From Clostridiaceae bacterium (GTDB taxonomy: Bacteria > Bacillota > Clostridia > Oscillospirales > Acutalibacteraceae), in contig JAEEUJ010000001.1 of NCBI GenBank assembly GCA_016290515.1, positions 1 through 38,001 of the forward strand: a DNA stretch of 38,001 nt. Reading direction: 5' to 3'. The position numbers and the translations under genes were made by a program. The notes under the pieces are model-generated. The model did no database searches and was not told the DNA's origin. It was given only the letters and a program-made list of their open reading frames with translations. Below, one piece after another: positions 10,161 through 19,021 of the stretch; position 1 is the first letter of the stretch, and each line of letters opens with the position of its first letter.

Positions 10161-10189
10161 ATTTTATAACTTTTCGGCCGTAATGTCAA
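10161..10189 (-). promoter_or_regulatory. Sigma-70-type promoter candidate for rny
   Basis: The minus strand reads TTGACA (10184-10189), a 17-nt spacer, then TAAAAT (10161-10166). Confidence 0.45.
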
Positions 10190-10220
10190 GTAAAATGCTT
10201 TACAAATTACAATATATAGT

Positions 10221-10253
10221 ATAAAAAAGAAAAGGACTTCCGTAAGGAAGCCC
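10221..10253 (-). terminator. Rho-independent terminator after the LRR/SLH gene
   Basis: The minus-strand RNA reads gggcuucc-uuac-ggaagucc (with one G-U pair) followed by UUUUCUUUUUU. It starts about 18 nt after the stop at 10271. Confidence 0.8.
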
Positions 10254-10270
10254 TTTTTATTGTGTTTAGA

Positions 10271-13200
10271 TTAACCCCAGTCGATAATTGCGTAATGGCT
10301 GTCGTCGTCATTGCCGGTAATGTTCATACCCTTGCTGAACATATTCTGCTTATCCATACGCATAATGATTGTTGCGATTTCCGCACGGGAAGCGGTTGCC
10401 GTCGGGGCAAGCTTTCCGTTCTTACCGCTGATAATGGAGTTCTGAATCGCCCATGCCATTGCATTCCTTGCAAACGGGCTGACGCTTGCTGCGTCGGGAT
10501 ACGCTGCGAGAATCGAATCTGCATTCGCAACCTCGGGTTCGCCCATATATCTGTAAAGGATTGTCGCAACCTGTTCTCTGGTGATGGTGTCGCCTACGCC
10601 GAATTTGCCGTTGTCATAGCCCTTGATTATGCCCTTTTCAACCGCCCATGCAACTGCGGGAGCATAATACTGACCGACTGCAACATCCTTAAGGCCGCCG
10701 TTCTTATTCTTATAAGAATCAAGGTTAACCTTTGCAATTCTGGCAAGAATTACAACGAAGTCCTGACGCTGAAGTGCGTCTGCGGGGCCGAATCTGCCAT
10801 CCTTGTAACCGCTGATGAAGCCCTTATCCGCGCAGTAATTAGCTGCCTCGTAATACCAGTCGCCTTCCTTGACATCGGGGAACTTGCCGGTGGGATTCGT
10901 CGGATCGGGGTTGACCGGATCGGGATTTACAGGATCGGGGTTGACCGGATCGGGGTTCGAAGGTGCTGTACCGTCGCTGTAAATGTACTTAAGCTTGGGC
11001 TTTTGAGCATTGCAGTACTGCTCTGCATAGGAGCCCTTATCAACCGTTACAACGAGATTGGGACAGCCTGCAAAGGCATAATCGGTAATATCTGTTACCG
11101 TTGCAGGAATTGTTACAGACGTCAGAGTTGTAAGATTTCTGAACGCGTCGTTCTTAATTGTAGTAACCGTGTCGGGTATTACAACTTCCTGAAGCGCCGT
11201 ATTGTAGAATGCCTGCTTGCCGATTGTAGTAACGTTTGCGCCGAAGGTTACGTCGGAAAGGTTGACGTCGTTAACGAAAGCATCCTTCGGAATCTCGGTT
11301 ATACCGTCGCCGACAGTAACCGCACTGAGGTCTGCGCAGTCTGCGAATGCGCCTTCGCCGAGCGAAGTTACGCTGTCGGGTATTACGAGTTCGGTAATAG
11401 CAGTATTTCTGAAAGCGGAAGCACCGATGCTCTCGAGACCGTCGGGCAGCGCTACTTCAGTGAGAGGAAGATTCTCAAATGCACTGTCGCCTATTTCCGT
11501 AACCGATGCAGGAAGCTCAATCTCGGTAATTGAAGTGCCGCAGAAAGCAGAAGCACCGATTGAAACAAGGCCGTCAGCAAAGGTAACCTCTGCAAGGCTT
11601 GCCATATCCTTGAACATTTCGTCGGGTATTTCCGTAATACCTGCGCCGAATGTAAAGCTTGTAAGCTCACAGCCGTCAAATGCATTATTTGCAAATTCTG
11701 TTACGCTGTCGGGAAGGACAACCGCCGTAACGCCCGTATCCGCAAATGCCCTCTCGCCGATTGCAGTAAGAGTTGACGGTAAGCTTACGGCTGTTATGCC
11801 GGTGCCTTCAAATGCGCTCGCTCCGATGGTTTCAAGTCCCTCTGAGAAGGTAACTTCTGCAAGCTGAGCCTGATCCTTGAACAGGCCGTCGGGAATAGCC
11901 TTAATGGCTGTTCCGAAGGTAACATCGGTAAGAGTAAGCGCCGCGAACAAATCCTCGTCAATCTCGGTAAGCGAATTGCCGGTATTGAAGCTGGTGAGGA
12001 GTGCGCAGTCGTCAAAAGCGGTGGAATCTACGCTTTCAACCGCGTCGTGAAGAACAACGGATGTAATCAAAGTGTTTGCAAAGGTTCTTGCGCCGATTTC
12101 GGTAACGGTTGCAGGAATATCAAATTCAGTCTTGCCGCTCGAATCAAATGCGCCGTCGCCTATAGTCTTAACGGTAGCCGGAATTGCATAATCAAGAGCA
12201 GAGCAGTTGAGGAATGCATTGTCGCCGATTGCCGTAATATCAGCCGTAAAAGTAACGCCCGAAAGAGCGGTACAGCCCGAGAACATGTTGTCGGGAATTA
12301 CAGCTATCTGATCGCCTACGGTAACGCTCGTAAGAGCGGTGCAGTCCTTGAACAGGCCTTCGCCGATAGTGTCTATCTGATCGCTCAGGTTGAAGCTCTC
12401 AAGCGAGGTGCAGCCTTCAAATACGCCCTTGCCCATTTTTTCAACGCTGTCGGGTATATTAATAACTTCAAGATTTACACAGCCCTTGAACGCATAGTCG
12501 CCGATTTCGATAACTGTATCTGCAATCGTGATTTCTTTAAGTCCTACGCAGTTAAGGAAAGCGTTTTCCTCAATCTTCGTAGCACCGATACCGGCGGTGA
12601 ACTTTTCAATGGAAACGCAGCCGTCAAAGGCATGCTCGCCGATAAAGGTCACGGTTTGCGGAAGGACTATGTCGCGAAGAGAAGAATCGTTCGCAAAACC
12701 GTAAGCACCGATGGATGTAATATTGTAATCACCCGTGTTGGGATCAACGGTAAACTCAACGGTTTCAAGCGAAGTACAATCCTGGAACGAAGCCTCTCCG
12801 ACCGACTCGACGCCCGCGCCGAGTTTAAGCGTCTTGATGCCCGCATCGCCCTTGAAAGCGGAATTATCGATAACCGTTACGTTGTCGGGAATTGCAACCG
12901 CAGCGAGCGAAGTGCAGTTCTCAAATGCGTTATTGCTGATTTTGGTAAGTCCGTTACCGAGTGTGAGGTCGGTAAGGCGTCCGCACTCTGCAAACGCATA
13001 CGGTCCGACATAGGTAACCGTGTCGGAAATTACAAACGCCTTAATGCTGTCGCAGTTATAGAAGGCCTCGTCGCCGATATAGGTCATTGCGTCGGTACTG
13101 ATAGTCGAAGCGAGCTTCGAGCAGTTCTTGAACGCATTGTTGCCGATAGCGGTGATGGCGGCGCCGAAATCGATAACCGTCAGCGAAGCGCAATCCTCAA

Positions 13201-14881
13201 ATGTGCCCTCTTCAATCTTTGTAAGCGCATTACCGGTTGAAACGCTGACGAGCTTGATGCAGCCCTTGAATGCGTTCTTGCCGATAACGGTAACGTCGTT
13301 TTTAATTTCAATATTTAAAAGGGAAATATCGTTTTCAAATGCGCTTTCGCCGATTTTTGAAAGCTTGTCGTTGAAGTTTACGGTTTTAAGAGAATTGTTG
13401 CCGTAGAACGCCTTGTCTCCGATTGAGAAAACGTTTGCCGGAATGGTAACGCTCGGAAGAGAAGTACAGTTCTCAAATGCGCTCTCACTGATAGTGATAA
13501 GCGAATCGCTGGTTTCGAAATTCTTCAGCTCGTTAAGCTTTGAACAGCCCCTGAAAACGAACTTTCCGATTTCTGCAACGTTTGAATTGAAATCAACGCT
13601 CTTAAGACCGGTACAGCCGTCGAAAGCCGACATGTGAATCACGTAGTCGGATGCTGAAAGAATCTTAACGGTTTCAAGACCGGTGCATCTTGCAAACGAG
13701 CCTGAGCCGACAACCGTAATCGTTGAGGGAAGAACTACGTTCTTAAGTCCCACGTCGCCTTCAAAAGCCGCAAGCGAGATGATTTCAACGCCTTCCTTGA
13801 TTGTAAGGTCGGTAATACCTACGCAGTTTGCGAAAGCTCTGTATTCAATCTCGTCAATACCGGAGCCGACGACTACTTTCTTAAGGCCTGTGCAGTCTGC
13901 AAACGCAGCCTGCCCGATAAAGGTTACGTTATCGGAAAGAATAACGTTCTCAAGACCGATACAGCCGCTGAAAGCCGCATAGCCTATGCTTGTAAGCGAA
14001 TCGGGAAGAACAAAGTCCTCAAGACCGATACAGCCTGAAAAAGCTCTTGCGCCGATTTTCTTAAGGCTTGACGGGAATACAACGTCGATAACCTCCTCAC
14101 GTCCGAAGAAAGCGAAGCTTGAAATATACTCAACGCTGTCATCGAAGGTCAGATGCTTCGAAGCGTCGGACGGCTTGCTGTTACTTGCAATAACAACCTT
14201 GTTAACGCCGCTGACTCTGCCGTAAATATACGCCTCGTCGTAAACCATAGTGCCGGTGTTAACCTTGCCGATATAACCGGCAAGGTTATCGTTGTTTGAG
14301 AAAATGTATTCGGGTTTAGCGCTGTTCTCAAACAGAGTTGCAATCAGCTGTGACTCAGCATCGGCAAGTCTCTGAGCGTAATCGAGCGGATCCTCGCCGT
14401 CCTCGGGTTTGAGGTTGACGGGCGCATGATATGCCTTATCGATAGCAACAAGCTCAAGGGATTCGCAATCTGCAAAGGCCGCCTCGTCAAGGAAAAGCTC
14501 ACTCGGGAAAACGACCGTGGTAAGCTTCTTACAGCCCTTAAACGCATTTTTGCCGATAGTCGCAATCTTGCTGTTGCCCTTAACGGCAATAATGTCCTTG
14601 CTGACAAATGCGTTATCGTCGATTCCCAAGATATCGAGATACACGTTTTGGTTACCTACGGTATAAACAAACTGATCGGGAATCTCAACGTACTCGTCAC
14701 TGCCATTATAACCCGTAATAACGGCATGACCGGTTCCCAGATTCAGGTCCAAGTCAACCGGTTTGCAGGTGAACTCGCTTCCGGCAATCGAAACCTCAGC
14801 AGCAGAAGCGCTGAACGGTATGCCTGAGAAAACGAGAAGCACTGTCAGAATAATGGCAAATGTCTTCTTTAAATTCTTCAT
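10271..14881 (-). CDS. Giant cell-surface protein: signal peptide, ~50 BspA-type leucine-rich repeats, Pro-rich linker and 3 SLH domains
   Basis: The signal peptide is MKNLKKTFAIILTVLLVFSGIPFSASA. Repeats of ~23 aa have the form ..I...AF..C..L..V.IP..V. The linker is PSNPDPVNPDPVNPDPVNPDPTNP. Three SLH-like units follow (FPDVKEGDWYYEA...; LKDVAVGQYYAPAVAWAVEKGIIKGY...; YPDAASVSPFARNAMAWAI...). Confidence 0.88.
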   Translation of the reverse strand: MKNLKKTFAIILTVLLVFSGIPFSASAAEVSIAGSEFTCKPVDLDLNLGTGHAVITGYNGSDEYVEIPDQFVYTVGNQNVYLDILGIDDNAFVSKDIIAVKGNSKIATIGKNAFKGCKKLTTVVFPSELFLDEAAFADCESLELVAIDKAYHAPVNLKPEDGEDPLDYAQRLADAESQLIATLFENSAKPEYIFSNNDNLAGYIGKVNTGTMVYDEAYIYGRVSGVNKVVIASNSKPSDASKHLTFDDSVEYISSFAFFGREEVIDVVFPSSLKKIGARAFSGCIGLEDFVLPDSLTSIGYAAFSGCIGLENVILSDNVTFIGQAAFADCTGLKKVVVGSGIDEIEYRAFANCVGITDLTIKEGVEIISLAAFEGDVGLKNVVLPSTITVVGSGSFARCTGLETVKILSASDYVIHMSAFDGCTGLKSVDFNSNVAEIGKFVFRGCSKLNELKNFETSDSLITISESAFENCTSLPSVTIPANVFSIGDKAFYGNNSLKTVNFNDKLSKIGESAFENDISLLNIEIKNDVTVIGKNAFKGCIKLVSVSTGNALTKIEEGTFEDCASLTVIDFGAAITAIGNNAFKNCSKLASTISTDAMTYIGDEAFYNCDSIKAFVISDTVTYVGPYAFAECGRLTDLTLGNGLTKISNNAFENCTSLAAVAIPDNVTVIDNSAFKGDAGIKTLKLGAGVESVGEASFQDCTSLETVEFTVDPNTGDYNITSIGAYGFANDSSLRDIVLPQTVTFIGEHAFDGCVSIEKFTAGIGATKIEENAFLNCVGLKEITIADTVIEIGDYAFKGCVNLEVINIPDSVEKMGKGVFEGCTSLESFNLSDQIDTIGEGLFKDCTALTSVTVGDQIAVIPDNMFSGCTALSGVTFTADITAIGDNAFLNCSALDYAIPATVKTIGDGAFDSSGKTEFDIPATVTEIGARTFANTLITSVVLHDAVESVDSTAFDDCALLTSFNTGNSLTEIDEDLFAALTLTDVTFGTAIKAIPDGLFKDQAQLAEVTFSEGLETIGASAFEGTGITAVSLPSTLTAIGERAFADTGVTAVVLPDSVTEFANNAFDGCELTSFTFGAGITEIPDEMFKDMASLAEVTFADGLVSIGASAFCGTSITEIELPASVTEIGDSAFENLPLTEVALPDGLESIGASAFRNTAITELVIPDSVTSLGEGAFADCADLSAVTVGDGITEIPKDAFVNDVNLSDVTFGANVTTIGKQAFYNTALQEVVIPDTVTTIKNDAFRNLTTLTSVTIPATVTDITDYAFAGCPNLVVTVDKGSYAEQYCNAQKPKLKYIYSDGTAPSNPDPVNPDPVNPDPVNPDPTNPTGKFPDVKEGDWYYEAANYCADKGFISGYKDGRFGPADALQRQDFVVILARIAKVNLDSYKNKNGGLKDVAVGQYYAPAVAWAVEKGIIKGYDNGKFGVGDTITREQVATILYRYMGEPEVANADSILAAYPDAASVSPFARNAMAWAIQNSIISGKNGKLAPTATASRAEIATIIMRMDKQNMFSKGMNITGNDDDSHYAIIDWG
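10887..10961 (-). repeat. In-frame 15-bp tandem repeat (~5 units) encoding the (NPDPV)n linker
   Basis: The unit ggatcggggttgacc occurs identically at 10902-10916 and 10932-10946. Degenerate copies lie at 10887-10901, 10917-10931 and 10947-10961. Confidence 0.8.
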
Positions 14882-14929
14882 ATATTTCCCTCCAAAGTCT
14901 ATTTTGGCAATATATATTTATACCCAATA

Positions 14930-14958
14930 ATTATAATTCAAAACTGCATAAAAGTCAA
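14930..14958 (-). promoter_or_regulatory. Sigma-70-type promoter for the LRR/SLH gene
   Basis: The minus strand reads TTGACT (14953-14958), a 17-nt spacer, then TATAAT (14930-14935). This lies about 50 nt upstream of the ATG at 14881. Confidence 0.6.
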
Positions 14959-15000
14959 CCGAAAAGCCTTAATAAACACTGTAAAAATAAGCCTTTCGGG

Positions 15001-15031
15001 CAAAACACAAAAAGCAGGGCTTCCGCCCTGC
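15001..15031 (-). terminator. Rho-independent terminator after the yfhO-like gene
   Basis: The hairpin is gcagggc-ggaa-gccctgc, followed on the minus strand by TTTTTGTGTTTT. A T-run is also present on the plus side, so it may act in both directions. Confidence 0.8.
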
Positions 15032-15050
15032 TTTTTTCACAAGATGTTGT

Positions 15051-17990
15051 TTATTCGTTATCGGATTTATCCGTCTTTTCTTTTGCTTCGCCGCCGTCTT
15101 CGGATGCCTTGGCAGCCTCCTCTGCCTCGAAGGCAAGCTTCATTTTGTGTACCCTGCCCAGTAACAGAACGAGAACCAGTCCGAGCACCGCCGCAAGCGA
15201 AACGAAAATGCCCTCCTTAAGTCCCTGCGGGAAGTACGACATCTCAACCTCGTGCTCGCCGACCGAAATCGGGAACATCATTATATGGCTCTCGTGCTCG
15301 TGAAGCTCAACCGGCTCGCCGTCAACGTAAACCGTCCAGCCGAGGTCGTAGGGCATCGGCATCATCATAAAGCCGTCAACAGTCGAGTTGACCGTACCGT
15401 GAATATAGGTGTCGTCGAACTCGTCAACCTTAAGAGTGCCGTTCTTGAGAATCTGATTGTAACCCTCGAGGAACTTCTCCTCGTTTATCGTAGCAACGGA
15501 AACCTGAATAGAGTCTGTCAGAGGATACTTGTCATAATTCTCATATTGCGCTCTAAACTCTTCAAGCGTTCTGTCGGGCTCACAAACGGTAAGAGTGAAC
15601 TTTTCGCCCGCCTCAAAGAAGCCGAGGTCGGTAATATGACGGTCATCAATGTCAAACTCTTTTTCGCTGCCGTCGGCGTGAATAAGTTTAAGAGTCTTAA
15701 AGCTTCCGCTGTAAACGAGCGCCATTATCTCGCCCTGTTCCTTTGCGGTAAAGTCAAACGAAACGTAAAAGCCTTCGGAATCGGCTTTAAGCGAATAAAC
15801 GTCACCGATAAGCTTGGTAAGCTGGCTGACGTTTTCGGCTGTTAAATCATACTCATAATACGATGCATTTGACAAATCGTCCAACGGTGAAACATATCCT
15901 TCATGCTCGTGTTCGTGGTCATGCTCGTGATCATGGTCATCAGCTTCATATTGACTGTTTTCTTCGGTAGCATTATCAATAATATACTTTGAAATCTCGT
16001 CGGCGGAAACCTCATGACAGTTTGTATAGTTTATACCGTCCGGCTTTGTGTAATCCATAACATCTTTTACACCTGTCGAGTATTTCCATAACTGCGATTG
16101 AACCGAAGTGCAAAGATAACTGTAAGGACTCCAGGCCTGAATATCCTCTCTGACGCAATAGCCAATCGGAAGGGTATACTTAACCTTATAAAGTGTGCCA
16201 TCACCAATATCTTCAACCTTTTCATAATAGGTATCATTTTGAGAATCAATCAAGTTGTCGGGATCATAAACATATTCCAGCCCAAACATTGCGTTATAAA
16301 TCGGACTTTGAACAGAGTATGAGTATGAATTTCCGAAATTTCCAAAATTTCCCAGCATCTTCTGCGTACCCGAAAAATCTCCGTCCGAAAGCGATGAAAA
16401 CGTAGAAATACCATTATAACCGTAAAGCGCAGGCGAATTTTGAATTTTGCTCTTATCTTGCGATATCTCAAATCTGTTTATGTTGTTTTTATTGTTTTCA
16501 AGGACACGCTCTTTAATTATTTTTGTTTCTTCATAATAAGCATACTTTTCTTTTATGTCATCGGATGAAACTGTTAAGAAGTTCTGATAATTTCCAATAA
16601 TCAATTCGCAAACAAAGATCATAGCTAGAGCCGGGTAAAGCAATTTCAGGTTGAACTTATCATACTTTGTAAGAATTAATACAAGGATATATGCAACCGC
16701 ACATATTGAACTGATAAGAATTGCCTTCGAAGAAAAATGGTCGGAAAACTGTGAAAAACGTGAATAAACAACGGCAACGGTTATAAACACAGCAGAAACG
16801 CCAAATGACCAGACGGGAAGTTCCCTGACGTTTTTAACGGTTTCATAAGCGAGAGTAAGTATAAACAGAAGATATATGAAAGTGAATCTGTACGGCAGAT
16901 TTGCGGGAGCCGCAAAGCCGTGCCAGAAATAATTCATCTTCGGAACCGCAAACGAGAAATAGAATATCGCAAGCACAACTGCCGAAGCGACCTTCTTGTT
17001 CGGTTTTACGTTCTTAAGGCAGAAGAATGCAGGAACCGCCATCAGAGTCAGCACTGTACTCATATTGTATGGCGCAGTATCTTTAGTCTGCTCAAGCGGG
17101 AACGGGTTTATTCCTGTAATATGGAAAGATAAATAATCAAAAAGATTAAAAAGCATATCTGTCGAATTTAGATCGCTTTTATTCATTCCGTAATTCAACG
17201 CAAAATAAACGGGAAGAATGATAACTGCGGCAAGCATACCCGCAAGCAAAGAGGAAAAGCCGTATTTGAGCAGTACGGTCAAAATCGGCAGCTCGTCCTG
17301 TTCCTTTTCGGCGGCATTTTTCGTAACGTCCTTTGCAAACAGGAGATAGAAGAAGTAAAGCACCGAGAAGATGCATATCATATAGCCGAGATAGAAATTG
17401 ACGAAAATTGCGTATGCAAGCGAAAGGAAATAAAGCGTCGCCTTTTTTCCGTAAACTATATTCTCAATACCGAGCGCTATCAGCGGAAGCATGATCAGCG
17501 CGTCAAGCCACATTGTATTGTAGTAATAGCAAAGATAAAAACCGCCGAAGGTATAGGCAAGCGAGAAAAAGATTGTCAGAAAATTAGTTTCATTGAATTT
17601 CTTCTGGAAGAAATAGCATGAGGTAAGGCCGATAAACATAGTCTTGACGAGTATTATCAGCCAGAAAGCAATATCAATATTTGATTCGTTGAACGGAAGA
17701 GCAAGCAGATTAAACGGACTTAATAAATAATAGGCAATCAAGGCGAACTGATTTACACCCGCACCGACATTCCATGAATAAAGCTGAGATGATCCGTCCT
17801 TTATTCTCTGAATATAATTTGCGAGGAACGGCGCATACTGATGGATTGCATCGTTTCTCAAAACGGTTGCTTCGCCCAACGGAGCAATATGATTTATTGC
17901 AGAAAAGATAATAAATATAATTCCCGCAATTCCCGCCGACAGCAGGCACCACAGAAGGACCTTTCTTTTATCGTTCTTTATCTGATTCAT
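15051..17990 (-). CDS. YfhO-family polytopic membrane protein (GT-C-type glycosyltransferase family)
   Basis: 979 aa with about 13 or more TM segments followed by a large C-terminal extracytoplasmic domain and a terminal TM helix. The N-terminal signature is typical of YfhO proteins (LRNDAIHQYAPF...QLYSWNVGAGVNQFALIAYYLLSPFNLL). It carries an acidic/His-rich insert, EADDHDHEHDHEHEHEG. Confidence 0.85.
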   Translation of the reverse strand: MNQIKNDKRKVLLWCLLSAGIAGIIFIIFSAINHIAPLGEATVLRNDAIHQYAPFLANYIQRIKDGSSQLYSWNVGAGVNQFALIAYYLLSPFNLLALPFNESNIDIAFWLIILVKTMFIGLTSCYFFQKKFNETNFLTIFFSLAYTFGGFYLCYYYNTMWLDALIMLPLIALGIENIVYGKKATLYFLSLAYAIFVNFYLGYMICIFSVLYFFYLLFAKDVTKNAAEKEQDELPILTVLLKYGFSSLLAGMLAAVIILPVYFALNYGMNKSDLNSTDMLFNLFDYLSFHITGINPFPLEQTKDTAPYNMSTVLTLMAVPAFFCLKNVKPNKKVASAVVLAIFYFSFAVPKMNYFWHGFAAPANLPYRFTFIYLLFILTLAYETVKNVRELPVWSFGVSAVFITVAVVYSRFSQFSDHFSSKAILISSICAVAYILVLILTKYDKFNLKLLYPALAMIFVCELIIGNYQNFLTVSSDDIKEKYAYYEETKIIKERVLENNKNNINRFEISQDKSKIQNSPALYGYNGISTFSSLSDGDFSGTQKMLGNFGNFGNSYSYSVQSPIYNAMFGLEYVYDPDNLIDSQNDTYYEKVEDIGDGTLYKVKYTLPIGYCVREDIQAWSPYSYLCTSVQSQLWKYSTGVKDVMDYTKPDGINYTNCHEVSADEISKYIIDNATEENSQYEADDHDHEHDHEHEHEGYVSPLDDLSNASYYEYDLTAENVSQLTKLIGDVYSLKADSEGFYVSFDFTAKEQGEIMALVYSGSFKTLKLIHADGSEKEFDIDDRHITDLGFFEAGEKFTLTVCEPDRTLEEFRAQYENYDKYPLTDSIQVSVATINEEKFLEGYNQILKNGTLKVDEFDDTYIHGTVNSTVDGFMMMPMPYDLGWTVYVDGEPVELHEHESHIMMFPISVGEHEVEMSYFPQGLKEGIFVSLAAVLGLVLVLLLGRVHKMKLAFEAEEAAKASEDGGEAKEKTDKSDNE

Positions 17991-18116
17991 TTTCCGCTCT
18001 CCTTTTCAAAGAGATTTTTAACTTTATAATTATACACCATTTTTGCCGATATTACAATACACTTGTTAACGTTTGCAAATCTAAGTTTGTCGAGGAGAAG
18101 TAGGATAGGACATCAG

Positions 18117-18239
18117 CCTCCCTTGTCAAAGGGAGGGGGACCGCCGTACGGCGGTGGTGGGATTCCTTTTTATTGTTATATCAAGCTTTCTTGAATCCCC
18201 TCGCCAGCGTTCGCTGGCCCTCTCCCCTTTAACAAGGGG
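18117..18239. repeat. Compound imperfect inverted repeat made of four GC-rich tetraloop hairpins (REPIN/MITE-like element)
   Basis: Hairpin H1 is cctccctt-gtca-aagggagg (18117-18136) and H2 is ccgccg-ta-cggcgg (18141-18154). The clamp gggattc (18159-18165) pairs with gaatccc (18193-18199). H4 is gccagc-gttc-gctggc (18203-18218) and H5 is cccctt-taac-aagggg (18224-18239). The reverse complement of the left arm matches the right arm at about 33 of 48 positions. Confidence 0.6.
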
Positions 18240-18291
18240 CGCTGAATGCTCGCCGTCAATCGCATCGATAAACTCCGATTTAGCGAAACAA

Positions 18292-18319
18292 TTAAAAACG
18301 GGCGATTCGTGAATCGCCC
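18292..18319 (-). terminator. Second rho-independent terminator downstream of the major pilin gene
   Basis: The minus strand reads gggcgattc-ac-gaatcgccc followed by GTTTTTAATTGTTT. Confidence 0.7.
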
Positions 18320-18342
18320 GTACAGGCAAACCGTTCTGACTC

Positions 18343-18381
18343 AAAAAAACAAAAAAAGAACAGAGGCGTTAACCTCTGTCC
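18343..18381 (-). terminator. Primary rho-independent terminator of the major pilin gene
   Basis: The minus strand reads gacagagg-ttaacg-cctctgtt followed by CTTTTTTTGTTTTTTT. It begins about 20 nt after the stop at 18402. Confidence 0.88.
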
Positions 18382-18401
18382 TTCTTTTTACTAATTAATT
18401 A

Positions 18402-18815
18402 TTAGCCGTTGTGGTTCTCAGCATCAGTTGTTGCGATTTTGCAAGTTGCAACATAATTAGTGTTGGTACCATCAAATACAACCTGAGCGTTGTAGTTGTT
18501 GGTAGCACTATCAGCTGAGGGGCACTTCGGAAGTGTGCCGCCGTCAAAGAGTTTTGTGAATGAAGACTCGCCAGATACATCATAAGTTGTAGCTGATGTA
18601 AGAGTGATAGCTTCGCCGCCAGTGCCGCCGGTCATCATGAAGGTCTCCATGTTGCCCTTAATAACTCTCTGGTTGGACTTGCAGGACTTAATTCTTGCGT
18701 TCTTAGTAACTGCGCCGAAGATCGGAACTGCTACTGCTACAAGGATACCAAGGATAACAACAACGATCATTAACTCAACGAGTGTGAAACCCTTTTTGCT
18801 CATAAGTTTTCTCAT
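18402..18815 (-). CDS. pilA: Major type IV pilin (PilA-like) with a class III signal peptide
   Basis: The leader and cleavage site are MRKLMSKKG|FTLVELMIVVVILGILVAVAVPIF, with Phe at +1 and Glu at +5. The protein is small (137 aa). A C-terminal Cys pair (KCPSAD...YVATC) could form a D-region-like loop. The SD is AGGGAG, and the gene has its own promoters and two terminators. Confidence 0.9.
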   Translation of the reverse strand: MRKLMSKKGFTLVELMIVVVILGILVAVAVPIFGAVTKNARIKSCKSNQRVIKGNMETFMMTGGTGGEAITLTSATTYDVSGESSFTKLFDGGTLPKCPSADSATNNYNAQVVFDGTNTNYVATCKIATTDAENHNG

Positions 18816-18893
18816 GATAATTTCTCCCTTTATAGAATTTTTAATTTATATGATGGGCCCTGTGCCCATAATATACTCATTAACCTGTTACGT

Positions 18894-18907
18894 GAACTTT
18901 CCGTAAC
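18894..18907 (-). promoter_or_regulatory. Operator-like 14-mer copy 2 (GTTACGGAAAGTTC on the coding strand), just downstream of promoter P2
   Basis: The plus strand reads gaactttccgtaac. It matches 13 of 14 positions of the copy at 19008-19021. It is embedded in the inverted repeat GTTACG-N9-CGTAAC (18887-18907). Confidence 0.45.
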
Positions 18908-18918
18908 CCAGCATAGTA

Positions 18919-18947
18919 ATTATACACCAAAACTTTCCGTCTGTAAA
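18919..18947 (-). promoter_or_regulatory. pilA promoter P2 (sigma-70 type)
   Basis: The minus strand reads TTTACA (18942-18947), a 17-nt spacer, then TATAAT (18919-18924). A third partial motif copy, aactttccgt (18931-18940), lies in the spacer. Confidence 0.55.
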
Positions 18948-19007
18948 GTACTTTTTTGCAAATAATACAGAAATTAGCTTTTTGTATATTTTCTGTGAAC
19001 CAAACGG

Positions 19008-19021
19008 GAACGTTCCGTAAC
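19008..19021 (-). promoter_or_regulatory. Operator-like 14-mer copy 1 (GTTACGGAACGTTC on the coding strand), just downstream of promoter P1
   Basis: The plus strand reads gaacgttccgtaac. It contains the perfect 10-bp palindrome ggaacgttcc (19007-19016). Confidence 0.45.

Noticed and set aside
10262-13240. Long plus-strand ORFs (423 aa at 10262-11533, 216 aa at 11217-11867 and 397 aa at 12047-13240) antisense to the LRR/SLH gene.
   Set aside because: They lie entirely inside a well-supported 1536-aa minus-strand CDS. Their composition is Cys/Arg/Ile-rich and low in complexity, with no motifs and no SD sites. Repetitive coding sequence commonly keeps antisense frames open.
10271-14881. Regular ~69-bp periodicity in this gene and multiple short palindromes elsewhere, considered as a possible CRISPR array.
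   Set aside because: The periodicity is an in-frame protein repeat (LRR) with degenerate units and no unique spacers. The palindromes at 18117-18239 are not evenly spaced direct repeats. No cas genes are present.
15051-17990. The possibility that the polytopic membrane protein next to pilA is the missing prepilin peptidase.
   Set aside because: At 979 aa it is far too large. It also carries the YfhO signature (QYAPF...YSWNVGAGVNQF...YYLLSPFNLL) rather than the two-Asp A24 peptidase motifs.
18126-18344. A 72-aa minus-strand ORF in the yfhO-pilA intergenic region.
   Set aside because: It is a read-through of the palindromic hairpin element and of a terminator stem. It has no SD, and its peptide is what translated GC-rich palindromes would give.
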